From: Chloroflexi bacterium GWB2_54_36
Lineage (GTDB): Bacteria > Chloroflexota > Anaerolineae > Anaerolineales > Anaerolineaceae
Assembly (NCBI GenBank): GCA_001796355.1
Contig: MGMG01000081.1
Location: 196 to 64,195 of the forward strand
Length of the DNA stretch: 64,000 bases
Reading direction: 5' to 3'
A model generated the notes under the pieces. It did no database searches. It was not told where the DNA came from and saw only the letters and a list, made by a program, of their open reading frames with translations. Position 1 is the stretch's first letter, and each line of letters begins with the position of its first letter. This document shows, one piece after another, positions 8,612 to 16,883 of the stretch. A program made the position numbers and the translations under genes.

Positions 8612-9961
8612 TTAATGGTTTTGAGCGATCGTGTTATACCGTTTCCACGTTTCTTTGGAAAGCCGGCGCGCCTCGTACGTGATTTTTTCTTCGTCCAAAG
8701 TGAGCAACTGCCGGTCGCGCATGAGCACTTTCCCGCCAACCATGGTGGTAGTCACCATGCTCTCATGAAAGCCAAAAATGATATGCCACGGCAAGTTGCC
8801 AGCGTCTAGTTCGGTAAAGGGGTGATAGTCAACAAAAATCAGGTCCGCTTCCGCCCCTGGCGCCAGAACACCGATAGGCCCGACGCCAAATTGCTGCTCT
8901 GCCAACAGTGCGTTGTTGTAAACTGCCATCTGGACCACATCGGTGCCAGACATGCGACGCGGGTCATGGTTCCATAGTTTATGCGCCAGGTAAGCGGTCT
9001 TCCATTCCTGCCACATTTGATTGGAGAAACCGTCATTCCCCAGACAAACCTTGATGCCCGCTCGCATCATGGCTTCCGGTTGAGACATGCCAACTGCGTT
9101 ATTCATGTTAGACCGCGGTTGATGGGTAACCCAGGTCTGACTGGCTGCCAGCAGTTCGATTTCACGGACATCGACGTGCACGGCGTGCACCGCTATCGAG
9201 CGCGGACCAAGAATACCATGCCGCTCCAGCCGGTCCACCACCCGCTCACCGCATTTTTGCAAGCTGTCGTATTCATCCACCGGATGTTCGGCGACATGGA
9301 CATGGAAACCGACATCATCCGGGCAAGCCACCCGGCAGGCCTCAAGGGTTTTTTCCGACAGGGTCAAGCTGGCATGCAGGCCAAAAGTAGCTGCCAGCTT
9401 GCCGCTTTTATCCGCCTTTACGGCGTTGATAAAGCGGACATTCTCGGCGATGCCATCTTTTGTGCCCTGCTCCCCCTCGCGATCGGTGACTTCATAGCAG
9501 AGCGAGGTGCGAACCCCGGCTTCCTGGACTGCCAGCGCTACTTCCGTCAGTGAACCACTGATTGCATTAGGCGAAGCATGGTGGTCTATTAGCGTGGTTG
9601 TGCCGTGTTTAACCGCATCGATCAGACATACCAGCGCCGAGTAGCGTACATCCTCCAGCGTGAGGGCTTTATCCAATGACCACCATAATTTTCCCAGAAT
9701 TTCAGGAAAATCTTTGGGCGCCGGTCCCGGGATTCCCATACCCCGCGAGAATGCTCCATAGAAATGAGTGTGCGCGCAGATATTCCCAGGCATGATATAT
9801 TGGCTATGCGCATCCAGACGTTCTTCCTGCGGGTATTTTTCGAGGATTTCGGTTTGTCTGGCAATTTCAACGATCTTGCTTTCTACAATTCGCAGCGCGT
9901 ACCCTTCAAGAATGCGATTAGGTTGTTCCCAGGTGATAATCTTTCCGTTGGTAAGTATCAT
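8612..9961 (-). CDS. ssnA: SsnA-like metal-dependent amidohydrolase
   Basis: MPGNICAHTHFYG, LWWSLDKAL, GTTTLIDHHASP, FGLHASLTL, HVHVAE, HQPRSNMNNAVG and LGNDG; RBS GGAGGG upstream. Confidence 0.88.
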   Translation of the reverse strand: MILTNGKIITWEQPNRILEGYALRIVESKIVEIARQTEILEKYPQEERLDAHSQYIMPGNICAHTHFYGAFSRGMGIPGPAPKDFPEILGKLWWSLDKALTLEDVRYSALVCLIDAVKHGTTTLIDHHASPNAISGSLTEVALAVQEAGVRTSLCYEVTDREGEQGTKDGIAENVRFINAVKADKSGKLAATFGLHASLTLSEKTLEACRVACPDDVGFHVHVAEHPVDEYDSLQKCGERVVDRLERHGILGPRSIAVHAVHVDVREIELLAASQTWVTHQPRSNMNNAVGMSQPEAMMRAGIKVCLGNDGFSNQMWQEWKTAYLAHKLWNHDPRRMSGTDVVQMAVYNNALLAEQQFGVGPIGVLAPGAEADLIFVDYHPFTELDAGNLPWHIIFGFHESMVTTTMVGGKVLMRDRQLLTLDEEKITYEARRLSKETWKRYNTIAQNH

Positions 9962-9999
9962 GGCTGCCCTCCAGAAATGATGGCCAGTATTTTAACGAC

Positions 10000-10027
10000 A
10001 CAAAACCGAAAGGTAAACCTTTCGGTT
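10000..10027 (-). terminator. Terminator-like hairpin in the ssnA leader
   Basis: Perfect 10-bp stem AACCGAAAGG-TTTA-CCTTTCGGTT running into TTGTGT on the minus strand, about 40 nt upstream of the ssnA ATG. It could instead be an operator. Confidence 0.6.
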
Positions 10028-10102
10028 AAACGACCTGCTATTCGCATCAGGCGAACCAGGATAAATCGGAACAGTGAAAAACGAAGGGAATTTGATTGTC
10101 AT

Positions 10103-10200
10103 AGGATCGGTGGAGAAGGAAGGCGGCGCTTTTCGACGGGCACTTCTCATCCGGCCCGACGCCAGCCAAGCAAGTGCTTGAACTGACCACCGAACCCTGC
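10103..10200 (-). ncRNA. Candidate structured leader RNA (riboswitch-like, no family recognised)
   Basis: Closing stem AGGGUUCGGUGG/CCACCGAUCCU, hairpin CAAGC-ACUU-GCUUG, nested stems GGCGU/GCGCC and CGGGC/GCCCG, and complementary loops ACUU/AAGU. G-U pairs occur only in the minus-strand reading. Confidence 0.4.
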
Positions 10201-10204
10201 ATAT

Positions 10205-10231
10205 ATTTTAGCATAAAGCGGTTGTTGTCAA
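10205..10231 (-). promoter_or_regulatory. Putative sigma70-type promoter of the ssnA-F420-xdh operon
   Basis: Minus strand TTGACA-N15-TAAAAT with extended -10 TG; predicted start near 10200. Confidence 0.55.
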
Positions 10232-10250
10232 CAGAATTAAACCAGTCAAC

Positions 10251-10279
10251 TGGAAAACTATTCCGAATGAGCATATAAT
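10251..10279 (+). promoter_or_regulatory. Putative promoter of the M20 peptidase gene
   Basis: TGGAAA-N17-TATAAT, about 30 nt before ATG 10311. Confidence 0.45.
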
Positions 10280-10310
10280 CATCCCAAATACAGCATTCTG
10301 GAGAGAACCC

Positions 10311-11687
10311 ATGGATCCGCGCACCAAAGCGCTCGAATATGCCGTTTCGCATCAGGCTGAATTCCTCGAACAACTCAAAGATTTGATCCGCATGCCGTCG
10401 ATTTCGACGGCGCCCGAAAATAACGGGGATGTGCAAAAAACTGCGGAGTGGCTGGCGCACAAGCTGACCCGGATTGGCATGAAGAATGTGCAAATCCTGC
10501 CAACCGGCGGGCACCCGGTGGTTTACGGCGAATGCATTTGCGCTCGGGAAAAAGCCCCGACTGTTTTGGTTTATGGACATTACGATGTGCAGCCGGCCGA
10601 TCCGCTGGAGTTATGGACAGCTGAACCTTTTACTCCCGAACAGCGCGGTGAAAACCTGTACGCCCGCGGCGCATCTGACATGAAGGGTCAGGTGATGGCC
10701 AGCATTGATGCAGTCGAAGCGATTATGATGTCAGGCGAACCGCCTGTTAATATCAAATTCATCCTGGAAGGCGAAGAAGAAATTGGCTCGCCTAACCTGG
10801 TCCCATTTATTAAGGCGCACCGAGAACTGCTCTCCTGCGATGTGGCGCTCAACCCGGACTGCGGCATGATCGGCGCGGATGCGCCAACCATTACTTACGC
10901 GCTGCGCGGTTTGGCTTATTTCGAGCTGCGTCTTTACGGCCCGGAGCACGACCTGCATTCAGGGCTTTACGGCGGGGCAGTCCATAATCCAGCGATTGTG
11001 CTGGCTGAATTGATCGCCGGTATGCATGATGCAGATGGTCGCATTACCTTACCCGGATTCTACGACCGCGTGCGGTCTCTGGACGCCGAAGAGCGCGCTC
11101 AGCTCGCCCGATTACCTTTATCTGAAGCTCACTTCCTTGCCATGACCGGCGTTTCAGCGCTTTTTGGCGAAAAAGGGTACACCCCGGTCGAGCAGGTTGG
11201 AGCCCGTCCCACGCTGGATGTAAACGGCTTATACTCAGGTTTCATTGGCGCCGGATCAAAAACAGTTCTGCCAGCTTATGCCATGGCGAAGATCTCCATG
11301 CGTCTGGTCCCTGACCAGGACCCCGCCGAAGTCCAGGATCAGTTGATCGCGTACCTGAACGCCAAAGCTCCCAAGACAGTACGCTGGGAATTGACTAACC
11401 ACTCCTCCAGTAAAGCCTCCATATCCGATATTCACCACCCGGCCGTTAAGTCACTGGTGGATGGGTTGGCAGCAGCCTGGAAAACCGCGCCACTTTACAA
11501 GCGTGAAGGCGGCAGCGTGCCGATCGTTGGTGATATGCAGCGAATTCTAGGCGTGGAGTCCGTTTTAACCGGTTTTGGACTGTCGGACGATAATATTCAC
11601 GCTCCGAATGAAAAACTGCACCTGCCGACCTGGTATAAAGGCATCCAATCGTTGATTCATTTCTTCTACAACTACGGGCAAGCTTAA
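10311..11687 (+). CDS. M20-family dipeptidase
   Basis: YGHYDVQP, RGASDMKGQ, EGEEEIGS, DLHSG, EGGSVP and NIHAPNE. Confidence 0.92.
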   Translation: MDPRTKALEYAVSHQAEFLEQLKDLIRMPSISTAPENNGDVQKTAEWLAHKLTRIGMKNVQILPTGGHPVVYGECICAREKAPTVLVYGHYDVQPADPLELWTAEPFTPEQRGENLYARGASDMKGQVMASIDAVEAIMMSGEPPVNIKFILEGEEEIGSPNLVPFIKAHRELLSCDVALNPDCGMIGADAPTITYALRGLAYFELRLYGPEHDLHSGLYGGAVHNPAIVLAELIAGMHDADGRITLPGFYDRVRSLDAEERAQLARLPLSEAHFLAMTGVSALFGEKGYTPVEQVGARPTLDVNGLYSGFIGAGSKTVLPAYAMAKISMRLVPDQDPAEVQDQLIAYLNAKAPKTVRWELTNHSSSKASISDIHHPAVKSLVDGLAAAWKTAPLYKREGGSVPIVGDMQRILGVESVLTGFGLSDDNIHAPNEKLHLPTWYKGIQSLIHFFYNYGQA

Positions 11688-11710
11688 CGGTGGAAAGACT
11701 AGGAAGGTAA

Positions 11711-12658
11711 ATGAGCACTGATAAACTAAAAATGCCGTCCTACGGCGGCCAGGCCTTGATCGAAGGCGTGCTGATGCGCGGCAAGTTCGGCGTGGCAGCC
11801 GCATTCCGCACCCCGGACGGCACGATTGTCATTGACAGAGAACCGCTGACCGGTATCTACAACAGCAAACTCACGCGCATCCCATTTTTGCGCGGACTGG
11901 TGCTGCTGTGGGATTCGCTTGGGCTGGGCACCCGTTTCCTGACCCGGTCAGCCAACTTGCAGGGCGGCGAAGACGAAAAAATCGAGGGGCCAATGTTGTA
12001 CCTGACGCTGGCAGGATCCCTGTTGATCGCTGTGCTACTATTTTTTGTCGGGCCGGCCGCGTTGGGAAAACTCATTCAAAACTGGACCGGTATCTCCACT
12101 TTTGCCATGAATGTGCTCGAAGGTCTGATCCGGCTGGCGGGGATTGTGCTCTACATCTGGGCGATCGGCAAGATGAAAGATATCGACCGGGTGTTTGCCT
12201 ATCACGGCGCCGAACATAAGACAATCAATGCCTTCGAGGCGGGCGCAGAACTGACTCCGGTCGAAGTCAAGAAGTTCCCCCTGGAACATCCCCGCTGTGG
12301 CACCTCGTTCCTGTTATCGCTGGTGGTCATTTCCATCGTAGTCTTTGCCATTATCGGCTCGCTGCCTACCCTCTGGCTGCTGTTGAGCCGGATTATCTTG
12401 ATTCCAGTTTTGGCGATGCTGGCGTATGAATATATCCGCTTCACCGCCAATCACATGGATAACTGGCTCATCCGTTGGATGATTAAACCCAACCTGGCGT
12501 TGCAGCGTCTCACGACCCGTGAACCATCGCTTGATATCCTGGAAGTTAGCATCGCATCTTTTAATGCGATGATGGCGCAGGAAGCTGAGCTTTGTGGCAT
12601 CCCACAGAAAATCACCAGCCTGGTTGAACCGCAACCTGTCGCGGCAATCGAACAATAA
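11711..12658 (+). CDS. DUF1385 membrane protein (putative metalloprotease)
   Basis: YGGQALIEGVLMRG, IPFLRG, YHGAEHK, HPRCGTSF and LQRLTTREP. Confidence 0.92.
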   Translation: MSTDKLKMPSYGGQALIEGVLMRGKFGVAAAFRTPDGTIVIDREPLTGIYNSKLTRIPFLRGLVLLWDSLGLGTRFLTRSANLQGGEDEKIEGPMLYLTLAGSLLIAVLLFFVGPAALGKLIQNWTGISTFAMNVLEGLIRLAGIVLYIWAIGKMKDIDRVFAYHGAEHKTINAFEAGAELTPVEVKKFPLEHPRCGTSFLLSLVVISIVVFAIIGSLPTLWLLLSRIILIPVLAMLAYEYIRFTANHMDNWLIRWMIKPNLALQRLTTREPSLDILEVSIASFNAMMAQEAELCGIPQKITSLVEPQPVAAIEQ

Positions 12659-12677
12659 ATAGGATCCATTGCTTGCC

Positions 12678-12720
12678 ACAAACATCCCTGCCAACCCGCA
12701 GGGGTGTTTGTTTGTCTTTG
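12678..12720 (+). terminator. Intrinsic terminator after the DUF1385 gene
   Basis: 14-bp stem ACAAACATCCCTGC-CAACCC-GCAGGGGTGTTTGT followed by TTGTCTTTG. Confidence 0.7.
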
Positions 12721-12759
12721 ATCGCATTAAGATGACTGATCCTTAATCCTATCTTCCGC

Positions 12760-12789
12760 TTGACACGCTTCCCCGGCCGGATATACACT
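12760..12789 (+). promoter_or_regulatory. Putative promoter of the comEA-yqeY-7TM-HD-ybeY-dgkA operon
   Basis: TTGACA-N18-TACACT just after the terminator. Confidence 0.5.
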
Positions 12790-12815
12790 TAAAGGCAGCG
12801 GAGTTGCATCTGGCT

Positions 12816-13385
12816 ATGCGAAGCAAATTGGTTTACACCGGTTTCGGCGTTCTTATGGGGCTGTTGTCAGCAGCCTTGATTTTTATCGCCGCAGCGCCTC
12901 CCCGTTCAAACCCGATCACCCTGCTCCCGAGTCCGGCTCCGAGCAACCTGGCCGTTTTCGTCTCGGGAGCGGTGCAGAACCCGGGAGTTTTCGAACTCCC
13001 GACCGGCAGCCGGGTCGAAGCTGCCATAAAAGCTGCCGGTGGCTGGACTGACAATGCCGACTACGAAGCCATCAACCTGGCAGCGTTGCTGTCAGATGGT
13101 CAGAAAGTTTATGTGAAAGCAATTGGCGAGGAACCGCTTGTTCAAGCGGACAGCGAAAGGTCAACACCGCTGGAATTACCCGGCCTGATTGATATCAATA
13201 CTGCTACCGCCGAACAACTTGACGAACTTCCCGGGATTGGCCCGGCAAAATCAACCGAAATCGTTGCATACCGGCAAAAGAACGGCGCATTTGATAAAAT
13301 AGAAGATATTCAAAATGTGTCTGGTATTGGACCGGCGATTTTTGAAAATATTCAAGATTTGATTACGGTAACTGGCGCTCCTTAA
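12816..13385 (+). CDS. comEA: ComEA-family DNA-binding protein (TM anchor, SLBB and helix-hairpin-helix)
   Basis: VFVSGAVQNPGV, INLAALLSDGQKVYV and IDINTATAEQLDELPGIGP. ATG 12816 is preferred over TTG 12804 on RBS spacing. Confidence 0.9.
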   Translation: MRSKLVYTGFGVLMGLLSAALIFIAAAPPRSNPITLLPSPAPSNLAVFVSGAVQNPGVFELPTGSRVEAAIKAAGGWTDNADYEAINLAALLSDGQKVYVKAIGEEPLVQADSERSTPLELPGLIDINTATAEQLDELPGIGPAKSTEIVAYRQKNGAFDKIEDIQNVSGIGPAIFENIQDLITVTGAP

Positions 13386-13407
13386 GACTGCCAGAATAGG
13401 TGCCTAA

Positions 13408-13860
13408 ATGAGCCTGAAAGAAACCATCGAAGCCAATTTAAAGGCCGCTATGAAAGCTGGCGCAGACGACCGGAAACGGGTGCTGCGCCTGATTCTCGCA
13501 GCTGCGAAACTCGCAGAGGTCGAGAAAGGCAGTGGTTTGGATGACAGCGGTCTGCTGGGGATCATTCAGAAAGAGGTCAAGATTCGCCGCGAATCGATCG
13601 AAGGTGCGCAGCATGCACAACGCGAAGACCTTGTCGCCGCAAGCCTGGCAGAGATCGCCATTTTGGAAGAATTGCTACCGAAACAGATGAGCGACGAGGA
13701 ATTACTCGCTCTGGCAGTTAAAACGGCCGACGAAGTCGGGGCAACCGCTCTGACCGACACCGGAAAGGTCATGAAAGCCCTGATGCCAAAAGTCCAGGGG
13801 CGTGCTGCCGGTGACAAAGTCAGCCTTATTGTCCGGCAGGTGCTGCAAAACCGCGCATGA
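13408..13860 (+). CDS. GatB/YqeY domain protein
   Basis: LKAAMKA, IQKEVKIRRESIE, EIAILEELLPKQMS and GKVMKALMPKVQGRA. Confidence 0.93.
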   Translation: MSLKETIEANLKAAMKAGADDRKRVLRLILAAAKLAEVEKGSGLDDSGLLGIIQKEVKIRRESIEGAQHAQREDLVAASLAEIAILEELLPKQMSDEELLALAVKTADEVGATALTDTGKVMKALMPKVQGRAAGDKVSLIVRQVLQNRA

Positions 13861-16025
13861 AAAAAGAAGGATTCTGGGTTAAGCTCTGGGACCGGTTTAC
13901 CCGCACCCTCCCTCGATTAGGCTTGCTGGCAGTTTGCAGCGTCCTGGCGTTGGGCGCATTGGTTCTCCCGATCGCCATCCGTCCTACCGCCGTCAGCATA
14001 GCTCAGGGTGATGTAGCCAACCAGGACGTTCAGGCGCCACGCAGCCTCACTTACACCAGCCAGATCCTGAGCGATCAGGCGAAAGAAGACGCTCGAGCGC
14101 GGGTTCAGCCTATCTACCTGCCAACCGATCCGACCATCACCCGCACGCAAATCGAAAAGCTGCGGGTCGCGCATAATTACATCACGGTTGTGCGCTTTGA
14201 CTCATTTGCCACGCTGGAACAGAAGATTCAAGATTTGAATGCCCTGGAAGGGGTAGCGCTTGAACCAGAAACGATTTCAGCCATTTTGAATCTGAGCGAC
14301 GGGCGCTGGCAAACGATCCAGCAGGAATCGCTTTCCGTGCTGGAACAGGTAATGCGCCGCACGATCCGCACGGATGGAGTGGCGGAAGCGCGCCGCAGTA
14401 TTCCAACCCTGATTAATTTTTCTCTGCCAGAAGATCAAGCGGCAATTGTCACCGAAATCGTTGGGCCGTTCATCAAGGCCAATAGTCTCTACAGTCAGGA
14501 ATTAACCGACAAAGCTCGCCAGGAAGCGGCTGCAGCGATTGAGCCCGTAAGTCGAACTTTTATTTCCGGTGAAACCATTACCCGCCGCGGGCAAATCATT
14601 ACTCCGCTTGTCTGGGAAGCGCTGCTCGCCTTCAATTTGATCGAGACCGATAATCGAATTGAGGAGATATGGGCTGCGGTAGCGCTGGTTGGATTGATGA
14701 GCGTATTTTTACTGCTCTATTTTTATCGCCGCCGCATGGCGCCAGTTGATAATTTCCGCGCGCTGGTGGTTTTATCGATCACCTTTTTAGTGTTTTTATA
14801 TGGGGCAAGGGTAGTCATTCCGAACCGCACGATCATGCCGTACTTTTTCCCCATTGCGGCTTTTGCATTAACTTTGGCCAGTTTGTATAACCTGGAAGCG
14901 GGTCTGATTTTCCCGCTGGTTTTGAGTGTTCTGGCTGCCTACGGCCTGCCCAACAGCCTGGATTTGACCGTGTTTTACATCATCACCGGGATGGTAGGCG
15001 TCCTCTTCCTGGGCAAAGGCCGGCGGATTGCAAACTATTTTTGGGCTGGCCTGGCAATTGGCGTAAGTGGTAGCGCGGTCATTCTTGCATACCGCTTGCC
15101 AGATGCGATTACAGATTGGCTGGGTCTGGCAACCCTGATGGGGACGGCCTTCTTCAACGGATTTGCTTCCGCAGGCTTGACCCTGCTGCTGCAATTCTTA
15201 TTCTCTCACCTGCTGGGTGTGACAACCGCGTTGCAGCTGATGGACCTGCTGCGCCCTGACCACCCATTATTGCAATTTATGCTGCGCAATATGCCCGGTT
15301 CCTACCAGCATTCGCTGCAGGTGGCAAATTTGGCCGAACAAGCAGCCGAAGCGATTGGCGCCGACCCGTTGATGACTCGCGCTGGGGCGATTTTCCACGA
15401 CGCCGGTAAAGGAATGAACCCCTCGTTTTTCATCGAGAACCAGGTTGCCGGCAAACTGGACTCACATGACGAGCTCGACCCGGCTGAAGCTGCTGCCACC
15501 ATTATCCAGCACATTCACGATGGCGTTTCATTGTGCAAAAAACACCGCCTGCCGCCCCGCATTCAGGATTTTGTCCGCGAGCACCACGGGACTTTGATAA
15601 CCCGCTACCAATACTCCAAAGCAGTAGAAGCTGCCGGCGGCGATCCGGCTGCGGTCGACCTTGAGAAATTCCGTTATCCGGGCCCTAGCCCGCGCACTCG
15701 CGAAACCGCGCTCTTGATGCTGGCGGATGGCATGGAAGCTCGTTCCCGCTCGGAACTCCCCAAGAATGAAGACGAACTGCGCAGCATCGCCCGTAAAGTC
15801 ATCGCGTACTGCCAGGATGAAGACCAGCTAAGCCAGACAAATTTAACCCTGCGCGATTTGAATACCATTGCAGAAAGCTTTGTCAAAACTCTGCTCACCA
15901 CTTACCACCCGCGCATCCGCTATCCTGAAATGGCTCCGGCAAAAGTACAGGAGGATGGCAGCAAAAATCAGAATACCACGCCAATTCAACGACCTGCAAT
16001 CGAACAACAAGCGGATGAAAAATGA
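13857..16025 (+). CDS. 7TM-HD phosphohydrolase (PgpH/YqfF-like, candidate c-di-AMP phosphodiesterase)
   Basis: Extracellular domain, about 7 TM helices, then PGSYQHS, FHDAGK, HHG, YPGPSP and LMLADGMEA; precedes ybeY-dgkA as in Bacillota. Confidence 0.9.
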   Translation: MKKEGFWVKLWDRFTRTLPRLGLLAVCSVLALGALVLPIAIRPTAVSIAQGDVANQDVQAPRSLTYTSQILSDQAKEDARARVQPIYLPTDPTITRTQIEKLRVAHNYITVVRFDSFATLEQKIQDLNALEGVALEPETISAILNLSDGRWQTIQQESLSVLEQVMRRTIRTDGVAEARRSIPTLINFSLPEDQAAIVTEIVGPFIKANSLYSQELTDKARQEAAAAIEPVSRTFISGETITRRGQIITPLVWEALLAFNLIETDNRIEEIWAAVALVGLMSVFLLLYFYRRRMAPVDNFRALVVLSITFLVFLYGARVVIPNRTIMPYFFPIAAFALTLASLYNLEAGLIFPLVLSVLAAYGLPNSLDLTVFYIITGMVGVLFLGKGRRIANYFWAGLAIGVSGSAVILAYRLPDAITDWLGLATLMGTAFFNGFASAGLTLLLQFLFSHLLGVTTALQLMDLLRPDHPLLQFMLRNMPGSYQHSLQVANLAEQAAEAIGADPLMTRAGAIFHDAGKGMNPSFFIENQVAGKLDSHDELDPAEAAATIIQHIHDGVSLCKKHRLPPRIQDFVREHHGTLITRYQYSKAVEAAGGDPAAVDLEKFRYPGPSPRTRETALLMLADGMEARSRSELPKNEDELRSIARKVIAYCQDEDQLSQTNLTLRDLNTIAESFVKTLLTTYHPRIRYPEMAPAKVQEDGSKNQNTTPIQRPAIEQQADEK

Positions 16026-16477
16026 TCCATGTTCTCATTGAGGAAGCCTACGTAAGCCTTGTGGCAGAGGGATCCCTCAAGCAGGCTGGCCAGGCAGTAC
16101 TCGCTCATCAAGGAGCCGATCCAAATACGGACCTGAGCATTGTGATCGATTCCGATGAGAAATTGCACAATCTCAACCGTGATTTTCTTGGCATCGACGC
16201 TCCAACCGATGTACTTTCCTTTCCGTCAGATGAATTTGATCCCGACGAGCAAGCTGTGTATATCGGTGACGTTATTATTTCTTTCCAACGGGCTGAAGCA
16301 CAGGCTAAAAATGCCGGTCACCCGGTGATCAACGAGATCCAGTTACTGGTGGTGCACGGGGTCTTGCACCTGTTAGGCCATGATCACGCTGATCCAACCG
16401 AGAAAACCCGCATGTGGACTGCCCAGGCAGAAATACTGGATCAATTGGGCGTTCAGATCAACCAGCTTCCGGAATAA
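16022..16477 (+). CDS. ybeY: rRNA maturation RNase YbeY
   Basis: LNRDFLGIDAPTDVLSF, GDVIIS and HGVLHLLGHDH. Confidence 0.95.
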   Translation: MIHVLIEEAYVSLVAEGSLKQAGQAVLAHQGADPNTDLSIVIDSDEKLHNLNRDFLGIDAPTDVLSFPSDEFDPDEQAVYIGDVIISFQRAEAQAKNAGHPVINEIQLLVVHGVLHLLGHDHADPTEKTRMWTAQAEILDQLGVQINQLPE

Positions 16478-16480
16478 TCC

Positions 16481-16855
16481 ATGCGTAATTTCACCCGCGG
16501 CCGTTTATTTTCGTTCAAATACGCATTTTCAGGTTTGCGATATGTCATCATCTCACAGCGCAACGCCTGGATTCATGCAGCGATTACCCTTCTGGTAGTG
16601 ATTCTGGCCGTTTTATTGAAATTAAACCTTCAGGAGTGGGGTATTTTGCTGCTTGCGATAGGCCTGGTCTGGACAGCCGAAATTTTTAACACGGCATTGG
16701 AAGCTCTGGTGGATTTGGTCAGCCCGCAGCCGCATCCGCTGGCAAAAATCGTCAAAGACACCAGTGCAGCAGCCGTGTTGGTCAGCGCGATTATCAGTAT
16801 ATTGATCGGTCTGTTGATTTTACTGCCGCCGCTCATTGCGGCATTGGTCAATTAA
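16481..16855 (+). CDS. dgkA: DgkA-family diacylglycerol/undecaprenol kinase
   Basis: SFKYAFSGL, QRNAWIH, AEIFNTALEALVD and KDTSAAAVL. Confidence 0.92.
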   Translation: MRNFTRGRLFSFKYAFSGLRYVIISQRNAWIHAAITLLVVILAVLLKLNLQEWGILLLAIGLVWTAEIFNTALEALVDLVSPQPHPLAKIVKDTSAAAVLVSAIISILIGLLILLPPLIAALVN

Positions 16856-16883
16856 TTTATAAATAGACGATACGGAGGAAAGT

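Noticed and set aside
1-9961. Selenocysteine recoding or frameshifts in the molybdoenzyme operon
   Set aside because: All ORFs are full length for their families with no internal TGA, so no recoding is needed.
10130-10160. Hammerhead-like CGGAUGA...GAAA in the ssnA leader
   Set aside because: The core reads CGGAUGA rather than CUGANGA, and the intervening sequence cannot form stem II.
10103-10200. Assignment of the leader to known RNAs (guanidine-I AGGGUUC start, c-di-GMP-II GCACUU/AGUGC, purine riboswitch, SRP, 6S)
   Set aside because: Only short fragments resemble these families, the other conserved nucleotides are missing, and the length does not fit 6S. It is left unassigned pending an Rfam search.
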